This document shows, one piece after another, positions 8,732-21,738 of a DNA stretch of 64,000 nt. The notes below the pieces were generated by a model. It saw only the letters and a list, made by a program, of their open reading frames with translations. It searched no databases and had not been told where the DNA came from. The stretch lies in contig DAIRES010000002.1 in the NCBI GenBank assembly GCA_036795465.1, positions 1,362-65,361 on the forward strand, in the 5' to 3' direction. The position numbers and the translations under genes were made by a program. Position 1 is the stretch's first letter. Each line of letters starts with the position of its first letter. Source of the DNA: Hyphomonadaceae bacterium (GTDB lineage Bacteria > Pseudomonadota > Alphaproteobacteria > Caulobacterales > Hyphomonadaceae).

Positions 8732-9960
8732 TGCGCAGGCTGGCCCTCGCCCTCATGCTTCTGGCAACCCCCGCGCTGGCTCAGTCCCGCGCGGCGCCGA
8801 AGAGCTTTACCCAGGATGACCTGAAGCGCGCCGAGGCCGCTCGCGATTCCGCCGTGGCCCGATTACGCACGCTTGAGGCCCGCTCGTCTGCCGCGGCCCG
8901 CGACCTTGGCGATATCGACGCAGACCTGATAGCCGCCGCCGCAGATTCCACCGCCCGCGAAGAAGCCGCCTACGCGGCCGAAGAGCAGCTGATGATCCTC
9001 GCCGACGAGACGCAAACCGCCAGTTCCTCACTCTCCGCCGATCAGGCCGCTCTGGATGATCTGCTCGCCGCGCTGATGACGTTTGGATCGCGCCGCCCGC
9101 CCGCCCTCGCCACCAGCCCTGAAGACAGCGCCGCCGCCGTCCGCGCCGCCATCCTGATGTCGGACGCAGCGCCCGCCCTGTCCAGGCGCGCCACCGAACT
9201 GAAATCGCAGATCGAGACGCTCAATCGTCTCGCCGCCGAAACACGCGCCCAGCAAACCAATCTCGCGTCCGCCACGGGCGCGCTCGCCGCCCGCCGCGAA
9301 GAGATCGCTGCGCTGGCCGAAGAGAAGCGCCGCGCCTCCGCCACGCTGGATGCGGAAACCGCAGCCGCACGCGCCGAGACAAGACGCCTCGCAACCGAAG
9401 CAGACACCCTGCGCGAACTGCTCGACAGCCTGGCGAAATCAGCGCCTGCCAAGCCTTCCATGAAACCTTCGGCCGGCAAGCCGCCCGTGAAGCCCACGCC
9501 CGCCAAGCCAGGCGCAGGCAAACCTTCAGCAACCCAACCAGCCAGGCCGCCTGCGGCGGTCGCCGCCCGACCGTCGGCAGGGATCACCGCCCCGCTGCAA
9601 CCTGCCGTCGGGACACGCTTGCATCGTTTCGGTCAGACCGTGGATGGCGAAAAGCAGCAGGGGCTCACGCTGTCCACGCGCCCTGCCGCGCAGGTGATAG
9701 CCCCACTCGATGCAAGGGTGCAGTATTCGGGCGTGTTCCGGTCCTACGGCCTGATGGCCATCCTGGACGTGGGCAACGACGTTCTGGTGGTCGTTTCCGG
9801 CCTCGATGCGCTGTTTCCCGAAGCGGGACAGTGGGTGCTGGCGGGCGAACCCATAGGCCGCATGGCTGACCGGAAGTCGCCATCTCCAGAACTTTATCTG
9901 GAAGTAAGACGTAAGGGTCAGCCTGTAGATCCCGAGAAATGGCTGGGACCCAGAACCTGA
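8728..9960 (+). CDS. EnvC-like murein hydrolase activator / M23 (LytM) domain protein
   Basis: Signal peptide MMRRLALALMLLATPALAQ, long Ala/Glu-rich coiled-coil region, Pro/Lys-rich linker, C-terminal LytM-like domain. The start overlaps the rlmH stop. Confidence 0.8.
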   Translation: MMRRLALALMLLATPALAQSRAAPKSFTQDDLKRAEAARDSAVARLRTLEARSSAAARDLGDIDADLIAAAADSTAREEAAYAAEEQLMILADETQTASSSLSADQAALDDLLAALMTFGSRRPPALATSPEDSAAAVRAAILMSDAAPALSRRATELKSQIETLNRLAAETRAQQTNLASATGALAARREEIAALAEEKRRASATLDAETAAARAETRRLATEADTLRELLDSLAKSAPAKPSMKPSAGKPPVKPTPAKPGAGKPSATQPARPPAAVAARPSAGITAPLQPAVGTRLHRFGQTVDGEKQQGLTLSTRPAAQVIAPLDARVQYSGVFRSYGLMAILDVGNDVLVVVSGLDALFPEAGQWVLAGEPIGRMADRKSPSPELYLEVRRKGQPVDPEKWLGPRT

Positions 9961-10084
9961 AGCCACCGGGCTGCGACGAACGGTAGTGCGGAAAGTGAGC
10001 CGCCAGAGCGTCATTGTATGTTGAACTTCGCGCGGATGACGTCAGAGTAAGGATCGCGGGACATTGTCAGAGGAGCAGCGCGAC

Positions 10085-11437
10085 ATGCGCAAGTGGTTGT
10101 TGGGCGCGATCGCCGGCGCGGGTCTCGTTGGAGCCGGAGTTGGCTTCACGGCATTCGCCGTCACGACCAATGGCAACGCTTCCGAGAAGCGAGCCCAGAC
10201 CTTCAAGCAGCTCGAACTGTTCGCTGAGATCGTCGCCAAGGCGCAGGCCAACTACGTCACGGAATTCGACGAGTCCGAAGCGATCGAAGCCGCGATCAAC
10301 GGCATGCTCGCCTCGCTCGACCCGCACTCCAGCTATCTCGATCCCGAAGACTTCAAGGACATGCAGGCCCAGACCTCCGGCGAATACGGCGGCCTCGGCA
10401 TCGAAGTCACTGCACAGGACGGCTTCGTGAAAGTCGTCTCGCCGATGGACGGGACGCCCGCCTATCGCGCCGGCATCAAGTCAGGTGACTTCCTCACCGC
10501 CATCGACGGCAAGTCGATCGTCGGCCTGCCGCTGAACGACGCCGTGAAACAGATGCGCGGCGACGTGAACTCCGCCATTTCCGTCACGGTGGTTCGCGAA
10601 GGTGTCGAACCATTCGACGTCAGCCTGACCCGCGAAGTCATCCGGCCCGAAGTCGTGAAGCAGAAGATGGTCGGCGATGTCGGCTATGTCCGCATCACCA
10701 CCTTCAACGAGCAGACCGTGAAAGCGCTCGACCGCGCGCTGGAAGCCACCCGCAAGGGCCCGCTGAAAGGCCTCGTGCTGGATCTGCGTGACAACCCCGG
10801 CGGCCTGCTCGAAGCCTCGATCGAAGTGACATCGCGCTTCGTCAATGGCGGCGAGGTGGTCTCCACCCGTGGCCGTCACGACACCGACAGCAAGCGCTAC
10901 AACGCCGTGCGCGCCAACCGCTACCCGAACGTTCCGATCGTGGTGCTGGTCAATGGCGGCTCAGCTTCCGCCGCCGAAATCGTCGCTGGCGCCCTCAAGG
11001 ACCGCGAACGCGCCGTCATCATGGGCGTCACCTCCTTCGGCAAGGGTTCGGTGCAGACCGTCCTGCCGCTCGGGCCCAACAAGGGCGCGATGCGCCTGAC
11101 GACCTCGCGCTATTACACGCCGTCGGGCAAATCGATCCAGGGTTCCGGCATCGAGCCTGACGTTGAAGTCGCCCAGGTCCGCCTGTCCGAGAAGGACATC
11201 GCCGACCTCAAGACGCGCGCCGCCCGCTACAGCGAGTCGGCTCTGCCCCACGCGCTCGAAAACGACCAGGGCGCAGAGCGCAGGCCGCCGCACGTACCGG
11301 CAGACATGCCGCCGGCCGACTACAAGGGCGAAGACTATCAGCTCGATCAGGCCGTCGCCCTTATCCAGGCCGGCAAGGCCGTGCCGAAACCGCAGACCAC
11401 AGCTGCGGTTCCCGCGCCTGCCCCGGCCACGCCGTAA
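10085..11437 (+). CDS. ctpA: carboxy-terminal processing protease (S41)
   Basis: ATG 10085 is preceded by GAGGAG. N-terminal TM anchor, PDZ (GIKSGDFLTAIDGKS), S41 catalytic region (GGSASAAEIVAGALKD, TSFGKGSVQ). Confidence 0.9.
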   Translation: MRKWLLGAIAGAGLVGAGVGFTAFAVTTNGNASEKRAQTFKQLELFAEIVAKAQANYVTEFDESEAIEAAINGMLASLDPHSSYLDPEDFKDMQAQTSGEYGGLGIEVTAQDGFVKVVSPMDGTPAYRAGIKSGDFLTAIDGKSIVGLPLNDAVKQMRGDVNSAISVTVVREGVEPFDVSLTREVIRPEVVKQKMVGDVGYVRITTFNEQTVKALDRALEATRKGPLKGLVLDLRDNPGGLLEASIEVTSRFVNGGEVVSTRGRHDTDSKRYNAVRANRYPNVPIVVLVNGGSASAAEIVAGALKDRERAVIMGVTSFGKGSVQTVLPLGPNKGAMRLTTSRYYTPSGKSIQGSGIEPDVEVAQVRLSEKDIADLKTRAARYSESALPHALENDQGAERRPPHVPADMPPADYKGEDYQLDQAVALIQAGKAVPKPQTTAAVPAPAPATP

Positions 11438-11459
11438 GGCTGGCAAGTCCAGAAGTCCG

Positions 11460-11494
11460 AAAGGCCCGGCCACAAGCCGGGCCTTTTGCTTTTG
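11460..11494 (+). terminator. intrinsic terminator after ctpA
   Basis: AAAGGCCCGGC-cacaa-GCCGGGCCTTT followed by TGCTTTTG, 23 nt after the ctpA stop. Confidence 0.75.
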
Positions 11495-11647
11495 CGCTGG
11501 CGGTCTTGTCCAAACCTTGCCCAAACCCCGAATTCCCCAACGTTTACAGCTGTAACAGGGCCAAACCGCCGCAGCGGCGTTACCGCGTTCTTAACATTAG
11601 AGGGCCAAGACTCTGCCGTTCGGGCCGGGGTGTATGTGAGGATCTGC

Positions 11648-12820
11648 ATGTCTGCGTCACGGGCTGCCGATGGGTCGGTTCTGCGCACTGGTCTCAGCCA
11701 GTTCGCACTGAGCATCGCCGCGTTCGGAACACTCGCTGCCGGCGCTGTCGGCGCGGCGTTCTTTTTCGGCGACGATGATGCCGGCGGACCCCGCATCGAA
11801 CTCGCCCTGTATTCCGAACAGAACGGCCCGCCGCCGCTGCTGAAGAACCGCTCGTCTCTCGAAGCGCTCGATGCTCATGCTGCTGGCGAGCCGAGCCTCG
11901 GCGTTGAATACGGCGACGCCCTCCCCGAAGACGGCGGCGATGGCGAAGGCGCCGCCACGATGACCGTCACCGAGATTTCGACCAACGCCGTCAACGCGCC
12001 CACCGCCCTGCCGCGTGCGCCGATCTCCGGCTATTTCGAACGCACCGCCGCTGGCGACCTGCCGAAGGTCGGCCCGGATGGCCGCACGCCCGCCGAAGCC
12101 TATGCCCGCCCCTTCATCGCCACGCCCGGCACGCCGCGCGTCTCGCTGATCGTCGGCGGCCTCGGCATGACGCAGAAACACACGCTGGCCGCCATCAACG
12201 AGCTGCCGCCGGAAGTCACGCTGTCCTTCGTGCCCTACGCCAACGACCTGCAGGGCTGGATCAACCGCGCCCGCGCCGCCGGCCACGAAGTGCTGCTCGA
12301 GCTTCCGATGGAAGCCTATGACTATCCGAACGTCGATTCCGGCCCGCAGACGCTGCTGACCAGCGCCAAGCCGGAAGAGAACCTGCGCCGCCTCAACATC
12401 CTGATGGGCAAGGCCACCGGCTATTTCGGCGTCACCAACTATCAGGGCGCCCGCTTCGCCACAGACGCCGCCGCCGCAACGCCGGTGATGAAAGCGCTCA
12501 AGGATCGCGGCCTGCTCTTCCTGCACGATGGCGCCGCTGCGCGCTCCGTCCTGCCGCAAGCCGCCAACCAGACCGGCCTCGACTTCACCGTCGCCGACCG
12601 CATCGTCGACGCCGAACTCTCGGCCGATGCGATCGACCGCGAACTGCTGGCCCTCGAAGCCCTCGCCATCCAGAACGGCAAGGCAATCGGCGTCGGCTTC
12701 GCCTACCCGGTCACGATCGAACAGTTCCGCATCTGGGCGGAAGGCCTGAAAGCCAAGGGCTATCAGCTCGCCCCGGCTTCTGCTTCGGCTGGCGTCGAGA
12801 CGCGGGCTGCCAAGCCGTGA
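11648..12820 (+). CDS. divergent polysaccharide deacetylase family protein (YibQ-like)
   Basis: I chose ATG 11648 because the upstream part of the ORF overlaps the ctpA terminator. TM segment, then a YibQ-like C-terminal domain (VSLIVGGLG, LSFVPYA, EVLLELPMEAYDYPNVDSGP). Confidence 0.75.
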   Translation: MSASRAADGSVLRTGLSQFALSIAAFGTLAAGAVGAAFFFGDDDAGGPRIELALYSEQNGPPPLLKNRSSLEALDAHAAGEPSLGVEYGDALPEDGGDGEGAATMTVTEISTNAVNAPTALPRAPISGYFERTAAGDLPKVGPDGRTPAEAYARPFIATPGTPRVSLIVGGLGMTQKHTLAAINELPPEVTLSFVPYANDLQGWINRARAAGHEVLLELPMEAYDYPNVDSGPQTLLTSAKPEENLRRLNILMGKATGYFGVTNYQGARFATDAAAATPVMKALKDRGLLFLHDGAAARSVLPQAANQTGLDFTVADRIVDAELSADAIDRELLALEALAIQNGKAIGVGFAYPVTIEQFRIWAEGLKAKGYQLAPASASAGVETRAAKP

Positions 12821-13332
12821 CCTACGACGCCCACCCCGAACAGGGCGGGCGCGATCCCTCGCTGTACCGGCCCAATGTCGGCCTCGCCATCTTCTCGAAG
12901 AAGGGCCATCTCTGGCTCGGCCGTCGCGCTGGCGTGCGCAAGGACGATGCGCGCTACGCCTGGCAGATGCCGCAAGGCGGGATCGACCGCGGCGAGACGC
13001 CCGCCATCGCCGCCCTGCGCGAGCTGGGTGAGGAAACCGGCATCAGCACGAAGCATGTCGAACTGCTCGAAGAGCTGGAGCCCTGGCTCTATTACGACTT
13101 CCCACCTGCCCTGAAGGCGAAGCTGACCGGCCCCTATTTCGGCCAGCGCCAGAAATGGTTCGCCTACCGCTTCACCGGCTCTGACACGGATTTCCGGCTC
13201 GACGACCACACGCCGGAATTCGATGCCTGGAAATGGGCGCGGCTCGACGAAGCCCCCGGCCTCGTCATCCCGTTCAAGTCAGCCGTCTATGCTGAAGTGG
13301 TCAAACGCTTCGCGAAGTGGAGCGAGATCTAG
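12817..13332 (+). CDS. rppH: RNA pyrophosphohydrolase RppH (Nudix)
   Basis: GTG start overlaps the previous stop (GTGA). Nudix box GGIDRGETPAIAALRELGEETGI and WQMPQGG. Confidence 0.85.
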   Translation: MTYDAHPEQGGRDPSLYRPNVGLAIFSKKGHLWLGRRAGVRKDDARYAWQMPQGGIDRGETPAIAALRELGEETGISTKHVELLEELEPWLYYDFPPALKAKLTGPYFGQRQKWFAYRFTGSDTDFRLDDHTPEFDAWKWARLDEAPGLVIPFKSAVYAEVVKRFAKWSEI

Positions 13333-13348
13333 CGCTCGCGACACACCT

Positions 13349-13374
13349 GTAGGGTGCATCTTGATGCACCCTGC
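13349..13374. terminator. hairpin between convergent rppH and atpC
   Basis: AGGGTGCAT-cttg-ATGCACCCT (13351-13372) lies between the two stop codons. No clear U-tract on either strand. Confidence 0.4.
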
Positions 13375-13386
13375 GATTCAGCCAGG

Positions 13387-13800
13387 TTAGTGAGCCGTCG
13401 ACGAACCGACAGCCGCCCGCAGGGCTTCCAGATACGCCAGACGTTCCGACGCGCGCTTGCGGCGCACTTCATCGCCCGGATCGTTGGCATCGGATTTCAC
13501 CTTGACGATTTCCGCGTCGAGCGAGCCGACATCCACATCCGAAAGCCGCACGGCTTCTTCAGCAAGGATGGTCAGGCCGGCCGGCGTCACGTCGGCAAAG
13601 CCGCCACGCACGAACACCGGGGTCACGCCCGAAGCCTCATGGATGCGAACCACGCCCGGCTTCAGCACGGTCATAAACGGGGCATGCTTCGGCAACACGC
13701 CGAACTCGCCCTCGACGCCCGGAGCATCGACCTGGTTCACTTCGCCCGAGAACAGCTCGCGCTCAGGCGAAACCAGCGAGAAATTGAGCGTGTCAGCCAT
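13387..13800 (-). CDS. atpC: F1 ATP synthase epsilon subunit
   Basis: 137 aa. Epsilon N-terminal beta-sandwich sequence (LNFSLVSPERELFSGEV..APGVEGEFGVLPKHAPFMT). Own AGAGGA 8 nt upstream of the ATG. Confidence 0.9.
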   Translation of the reverse strand: MADTLNFSLVSPERELFSGEVNQVDAPGVEGEFGVLPKHAPFMTVLKPGVVRIHEASGVTPVFVRGGFADVTPAGLTILAEEAVRLSDVDVGSLDAEIVKVKSDANDPGDEVRRKRASERLAYLEALRAAVGSSTAH

Positions 13801-13865
13801 AGGACAAATCCTCTATCGCGCGCCGGTCTATCAGGCCTGAAACCCCTGTAAAGGCGGCTAATTGG

Positions 13866-14816
13866 CTAATCCGCCCGCAAGGTTACCACGGCGATTTCGG
13901 GCGGCTGGTTGAACCTCACCGGCACAATCGACACCCCCACCCCGCCGCTCACGTAAAGCCGCCCCTGCCCCTTGCTGTAGAGCCCGCACGGCCACTTCTC
14001 CGAGCCCGGCGAGGCATGCATCAGCCGTCCAAAAACGGGCAGGTTCACCTGCCCGCAATGGCTGTGGCCCGCAAACGTGATCGCCACCCGGTCCGGCGCG
14101 GTCGCAAACGCATCCGGCCAGTGGGACATCACGACCACAGGATCATCCCCCTCCAGCCCGTCCAGCGTCGCCCCATAGGACGGCTTGGCCCGCATGGACT
14201 CATAATCCGCCAGCCCGCCCAGCCAGAACGCCCCGCCCGGCCGCTCAATGCGTGCCCGCGTATTCTCCAGCACGCGAATGCCCGCCGCCTGCAGACCCTT
14301 CTCGATCGCCTCGCCGTCATACCACCAGTCATGATTGCCCAGCACCGACCACACGCCCAGCGGCGCGCGAAGCTGACCCAGCACGGGCAGACCGCTGAGA
14401 ACCTCTGACCGTTCCACGTCGCTGCGCTGCGCCGCGGGCTCGTGCCGGCCAGCATAGTCGCCCAGCAGGAGGATGATGTCTGGCCGCTGCGCATTCATTT
14501 CGAGCACGATGGATTCGAGACGCGCTGGGCTCATATGCGGCGCGCCAGAATGTGTGTCCGTTATCACGCCCACCCGCAGCGGCTCGCCCGTCCACATCGG
14601 GCTCACCACCTCCACGCGGCGCACCACCAGCGTCTCCGGCTCCCACAGGAAAGCGCGGATGCCGAGCCCCCACGCCGCCGTCACCACGACGATCGCGGTC
14701 CATCCGAGCCAGCCCGGCCCACGCCCCCGCTTCACGCCGCGCCACAGCCCGAACAGAATTGCCAACGGCCAGAGCACAGCTCCGGCCCAGGCCAGCAGGA
14801 TGATGTTGTTCCCCAT
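13866..14816 (-). CDS. membrane-anchored metallophosphoesterase (calcineurin-like, YaeI-type)
   Basis: Two N-terminal TM helices, then the phosphoesterase motifs GVITDTH, LLLGDY, GNHD, SHWPD, GHSHCGQ. Confidence 0.8.
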   Translation of the reverse strand: MGNNIILLAWAGAVLWPLAILFGLWRGVKRGRGPGWLGWTAIVVVTAAWGLGIRAFLWEPETLVVRRVEVVSPMWTGEPLRVGVITDTHSGAPHMSPARLESIVLEMNAQRPDIILLLGDYAGRHEPAAQRSDVERSEVLSGLPVLGQLRAPLGVWSVLGNHDWWYDGEAIEKGLQAAGIRVLENTRARIERPGGAFWLGGLADYESMRAKPSYGATLDGLEGDDPVVVMSHWPDAFATAPDRVAITFAGHSHCGQVNLPVFGRLMHASPGSEKWPCGLYSKGQGRLYVSGGVGVSIVPVRFNQPPEIAVVTLRAD

Positions 14817-14839
14817 GCGCCGTCCGCGCGCCTGCCTTT

Positions 14840-15415
14840 TTACTGCGCCCGCGTCACGGTCGCCGTGACAACACTGAAGCGTGACTGATGGCCAGGCGCT
14901 CCGGGATTGGCGCCCTCCGCCCGTATGGCGACGCCTTTCCCGTCGGGTGAATCAGATCCGGCGCGCGTCATGTTCGCGGCGATATTTTCCGGCTGTTCGG
15001 GTTGCCAGAAGCGGTAGCCCTCCGTCCTGAAACCGGCATCGCTTGCTACACCAGCAACAGCCGCAACCGTCGCGCCCGCCGGAGGGCCGTAAACCGATAC
15101 CACGCACCGCCCTGCTTTCTCGCGCAGGGTGACGACGCCCTTGCCGCCAACAACATCCCACACAGTCTCGTCAGGCCCAGCGCCAGCCTGCTTGCGGGTC
15201 TCGGCATCCTGGGTTGGCCGCAGCTTTCCCTGCTGCGCGGCGGGCAGCGCACTCACGCCATTGCGCGTCACTGCCGGCACGCAGACATCCATCACCGCCG
15301 ACCGGAACACACCCGCCGCGGTCTCAGGCGACAGGTCAGGTGACACCGCATCGCGTTGCGCGTGCGCGGGCGCTGCAAACATCAATGCCATAACAGCGGC
15401 CGAGAAAACTCTCAT
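14840..15415 (-). CDS. secreted protein, paralogue 1 of an unrecognised family
   Basis: Type-I signal peptide (..FAAPAHAQ). Shares colinear motifs and two Cys with the next two genes (VMDVCVPA, GKGVVTL, GRCVVSVYGPP, ANPGAPGHQSRFSVV). Confidence 0.6.
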   Translation of the reverse strand: MRVFSAAVMALMFAAPAHAQRDAVSPDLSPETAAGVFRSAVMDVCVPAVTRNGVSALPAAQQGKLRPTQDAETRKQAGAGPDETVWDVVGGKGVVTLREKAGRCVVSVYGPPAGATVAAVAGVASDAGFRTEGYRFWQPEQPENIAANMTRAGSDSPDGKGVAIRAEGANPGAPGHQSRFSVVTATVTRAQ

Positions 15416-15485
15416 CGCATCGCTCCCTGGAACAACTCCAGACTAGCCGCGCCCGCCTCCCGCCGCCAGCGGCGCGCTCACGCCG

Positions 15486-16037
15486 TCAGGGCGCGGTCGA
15501 CGTGATAGCCGCTGACAATGCGCTGAATTGCGACGAAGCACCTGCAGCGCCGGGCTCATTCCCGGTCAGCACCACCCTCACGCTCCTGCCGTTCGCTGTC
15601 TTTGTCCTGAGTTCGCGCTTGATGAAGTCGGGCTGGCATGGCTCCGGAGTCTCAAGACTATAGCCCCTCGCCCGCAGAGCGCCGGCGACTACGTCGAATG
15701 TGCTTTCAACAGCCGCGCCATGGGCCGCCACATCGCACCCGCCCGGCCCGTCTTCGATCTCGACAATCCCCTGGCCCAGCCCAGGCGCCCAGGCCGTGTA
15801 ACCAGGCTTGGGCGGTCTCGCCGTGCTGCGGATGGTGTCGCGAAGAATTCTGTAATTCCCCATCTGATCGAGCGTCACGCCTCTTTCCGCCGCGACGACG
15901 CAGGCTTCCAGAACCGACATGATGAAGCCGCTCGAAACATCCCCGGGGCTCAGACCGTAAGCCAGCTGCGGGCGAGGCTCCGTGGCGCACGCTGCAAGCA
16001 TCAGCGCCGCCGACAAGGTCACCAACCGTCGTTTCAT
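15486..16037 (-). CDS. lipoprotein, paralogue 2 of the same family
   Basis: Lipobox LMLAAC. Motifs LSPGDVSSGFIMSVLEACVVAAERG, PGYTAWAPGLGQGIVEIE, GGCDVAAHG, TFDVVAGALRARGY, GRSVRVVLTGNEPGAAG, SQFSAL. Confidence 0.7.
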   Translation of the reverse strand: MKRRLVTLSAALMLAACATEPRPQLAYGLSPGDVSSGFIMSVLEACVVAAERGVTLDQMGNYRILRDTIRSTARPPKPGYTAWAPGLGQGIVEIEDGPGGCDVAAHGAAVESTFDVVAGALRARGYSLETPEPCQPDFIKRELRTKTANGRSVRVVLTGNEPGAAGASSQFSALSAAITSTAP

Positions 16038-16124
16038 TGCGTCCCTCCAGACGGCATCACGCTATCGGAGACCGTCGGCGAAACAAGGCGCGCATCTTGC
16101 CGGCGCGCGCGTAATCGCCTGAGG

Positions 16125-16685
16125 TCACTTCACCGTAACGAACGCTCCCAGAGTGCTGAAGCGCGAGCGCATGCTCGCCGCGCCGGGATCGTTGCCAATC
16201 AGCATGACGTTCACCGTGCGACCGTTCGGCGTCAGCGTCAGGCTGTGCTGGTAGAATTTCGGTCCGCCCTCCGGCATCGGCTGCGGCGCATACCCTTTCG
16301 CGCGTAATGCGCTCACGATTGCGTCGAACGTCGCGCTGACCGGCGGGCCATAGGCGGACACATTGCACTTGCCGTCCGCCTCCTCCTCGATCGTCACGAT
16401 CCCCTGCCCGGGAATCGGCGCCCACGCGGTCGCGCCGGGCTTCAGCGGAATCATCGTGGGGCCGGTTTCGCGAACGATCTTGTCGCTGCCCAGCTGCTCC
16501 AGGCGCTTGCCCGCCTCCGCCGCCGCTGCGCAGCCCTCGACCACAGCGACCACGAACCCCGCCGAGACCTCCTGCGGCGTGAGGCCAGTGGACGCCGAGC
16601 CATACGGCGCTGTCCTCGGCGGAGACTCCACGCTAGCGCACGATGCGAGCAACAGTACGGATGCGATAGCAGATGCGCGGATCAT
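16125..16685 (-). CDS. lipoprotein, paralogue 3 of the same family
   Basis: I chose the start at the in-frame ATG 16685 (MIRASAIASVLLLASC lipobox). Motifs LTPQEVSAGFVVAVVEGCAAAAEAG, PGATAWAPIPGQGIVTIE, GKCNVSAYG, TFDAIVSALRAKGY, GRTVNVMLIGNDPGAAS, SRFSTL. Confidence 0.7.
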   Translation of the reverse strand: MIRASAIASVLLLASCASVESPPRTAPYGSASTGLTPQEVSAGFVVAVVEGCAAAAEAGKRLEQLGSDKIVRETGPTMIPLKPGATAWAPIPGQGIVTIEEEADGKCNVSAYGPPVSATFDAIVSALRAKGYAPQPMPEGGPKFYQHSLTLTPNGRTVNVMLIGNDPGAASMRSRFSTLGAFVTVK

Positions 16686-16744
16686 GTGTCCCTCCCAAGG
16701 TGGGCGCACGCTAGCAGTCATCTCGCCCCGGACAAGACGCGCTG

Positions 16745-16785
16745 CAGCAAAACAAAAACAGGCGCGGATCGCTCCGCGCCTGTTT
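16745..16785 (-). terminator. intrinsic terminator immediately after atpD
   Basis: Perfect 13-bp stem (16756-16768 / 16773-16785) with a 4-nt loop. On the transcribed strand it is followed by TTGTTTTG, giving CCTGTTTTTGTTTTG. It begins 25 nt after the atpD stop. Confidence 0.8.
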
Positions 16786-16809
16786 CGAACTTTTCGACTG
16801 ATCGAAAGA

Positions 16810-19154
<2,345 letters not shown>

Positions 19155-19184
19155 GGGCTATGCCTTGTCCTCAAGCTGTCCGGG

Positions 19185-20735
<1,551 letters not shown>

Positions 20736-20739
20736 GAGG

Positions 20740-21333
20740 CTAGGCCCCCTTCATGAGGTTCGTCAGGTTGTTCAGTTTCGTACGGATGGAGCTGTCGACC
20801 AGCTTCGATCCAATCTTGAGCTGCAGGCCGCCGATCAGCGCGGGGTCGACTTCAACGTCGACCGACACGGTGCGGCCCAGCGATTTGGAGATGGCGCTCT
20901 CGATGTCGAGCGTCTGTTCCTTGGTGATCGGCTTGGCGACGCGCGCAACAACGCGGCTCGATCCGCGATGCTTGGCGGCTTTCTCGGCGAATGCCTTCGC
21001 CACGCCGACAATGTCGCCCGCGCGACGGTTCAGCGTCGCAACGCCGACAAAACGTTTTGCCAGGTCCGGCAGGCCAAGCTTGTCGCCGATCGCGGCGAGC
21101 ACAGCGGCTTTCTCTTCGGACTTGTGGAGCGGCGACTTCAGCACACGCGAGAGAGCAACATCGCCCTCGATCGTTTTTGCCAGCGCCGTCAGGCCGTTAT
21201 CGACCGCGTCGACTTCGCCGGACGTGATCGCAAGGTCGAATACCGCGGCAGCATAGCGCTGGGCAGCTTCGCTTACAGATGTGGTCGATGAACCGGCCAA
21301 ATTGCTCGCCCCAGCGTCTCGAATCCCCCGCAC
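20740..21333 (-). CDS. atpH: F1 ATP synthase delta (OSCP) subunit
   Basis: OSCP-like ([13 protein letters not shown].., [25 protein letters not shown]). The GTG start is uncertain, and an in-frame TTG further downstream is possible. Confidence 0.85.
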   Translation of the reverse strand: MRGIRDAGASNLAGSSTTSVSEAAQRYAAAVFDLAITSGEVDAVDNGLTALAKTIEGDVALSRVLKSPLHKSEEKAAVLAAIGDKLGLPDLAKRFVGVATLNRRAGDIVGVAKAFAEKAAKHRGSSRVVARVAKPITKEQTLDIESAISKSLGRTVSVDVEVDPALIGGLQLKIGSKLVDSSIRTKLNNLTNLMKGA

Positions 21334-21570
21334 CGGGCTCGAGACAAAAATGATGTGAAATCAGCCACGTAGATACGGGTGGCCTTCCGGTCGTCCGTCG
21401 CGCGGGTTGCTAGCACGCGCGGGCGCCGTGTGACAACAAGCGGTTTTGGCCAAATTCATCAACAAACACGGGCGTTTCGTCGCGGCGCGGCAGACCTTCC
21501 GCGTCCGTAATCCCGGCTACACCAAGGAAGCTGTGTATGGGCGGCCCGTGGCCGGCGCTCCCGGCCCGAC

Positions 21571-21671
21571 CTGTCATCCCGGAAGCGCGCAGCGCCATTC
21601 CATACTCACCCCACCCCAACAGCCTTCCGGTGGCTCCCGGCTCCTCTCTACCGCCACGGCGGGGATGACAG
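21571..21671. repeat. 101-bp element bounded by 10-bp perfect inverted repeats (REP/MITE-like)
   Basis: CTGTCATCCC (21571-21580) and GGGATGACAG (21662-21671). The left end, TGTCATCCCGGAAGCGCGCAGCGC, resembles the TCATCCCGGCGAAAGCCGGGA hairpin at 27145-27164. Confidence 0.45.
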
Positions 21672-21738
21672 TTGAGCGGCGCTAACTTGCGACCTGTCCC
21701 GCGCGCCCATACTTCGACGATCCCAACCGGAGCCGCCC

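Noticed and set aside
11486-11647. N-terminal extension of the YibQ-like ORF
   Set aside because: The ORF's first codons lie inside the ctpA terminator hairpin/T-tract, and the extension lacks coding bias. ATG 11648 precedes the TM segment.
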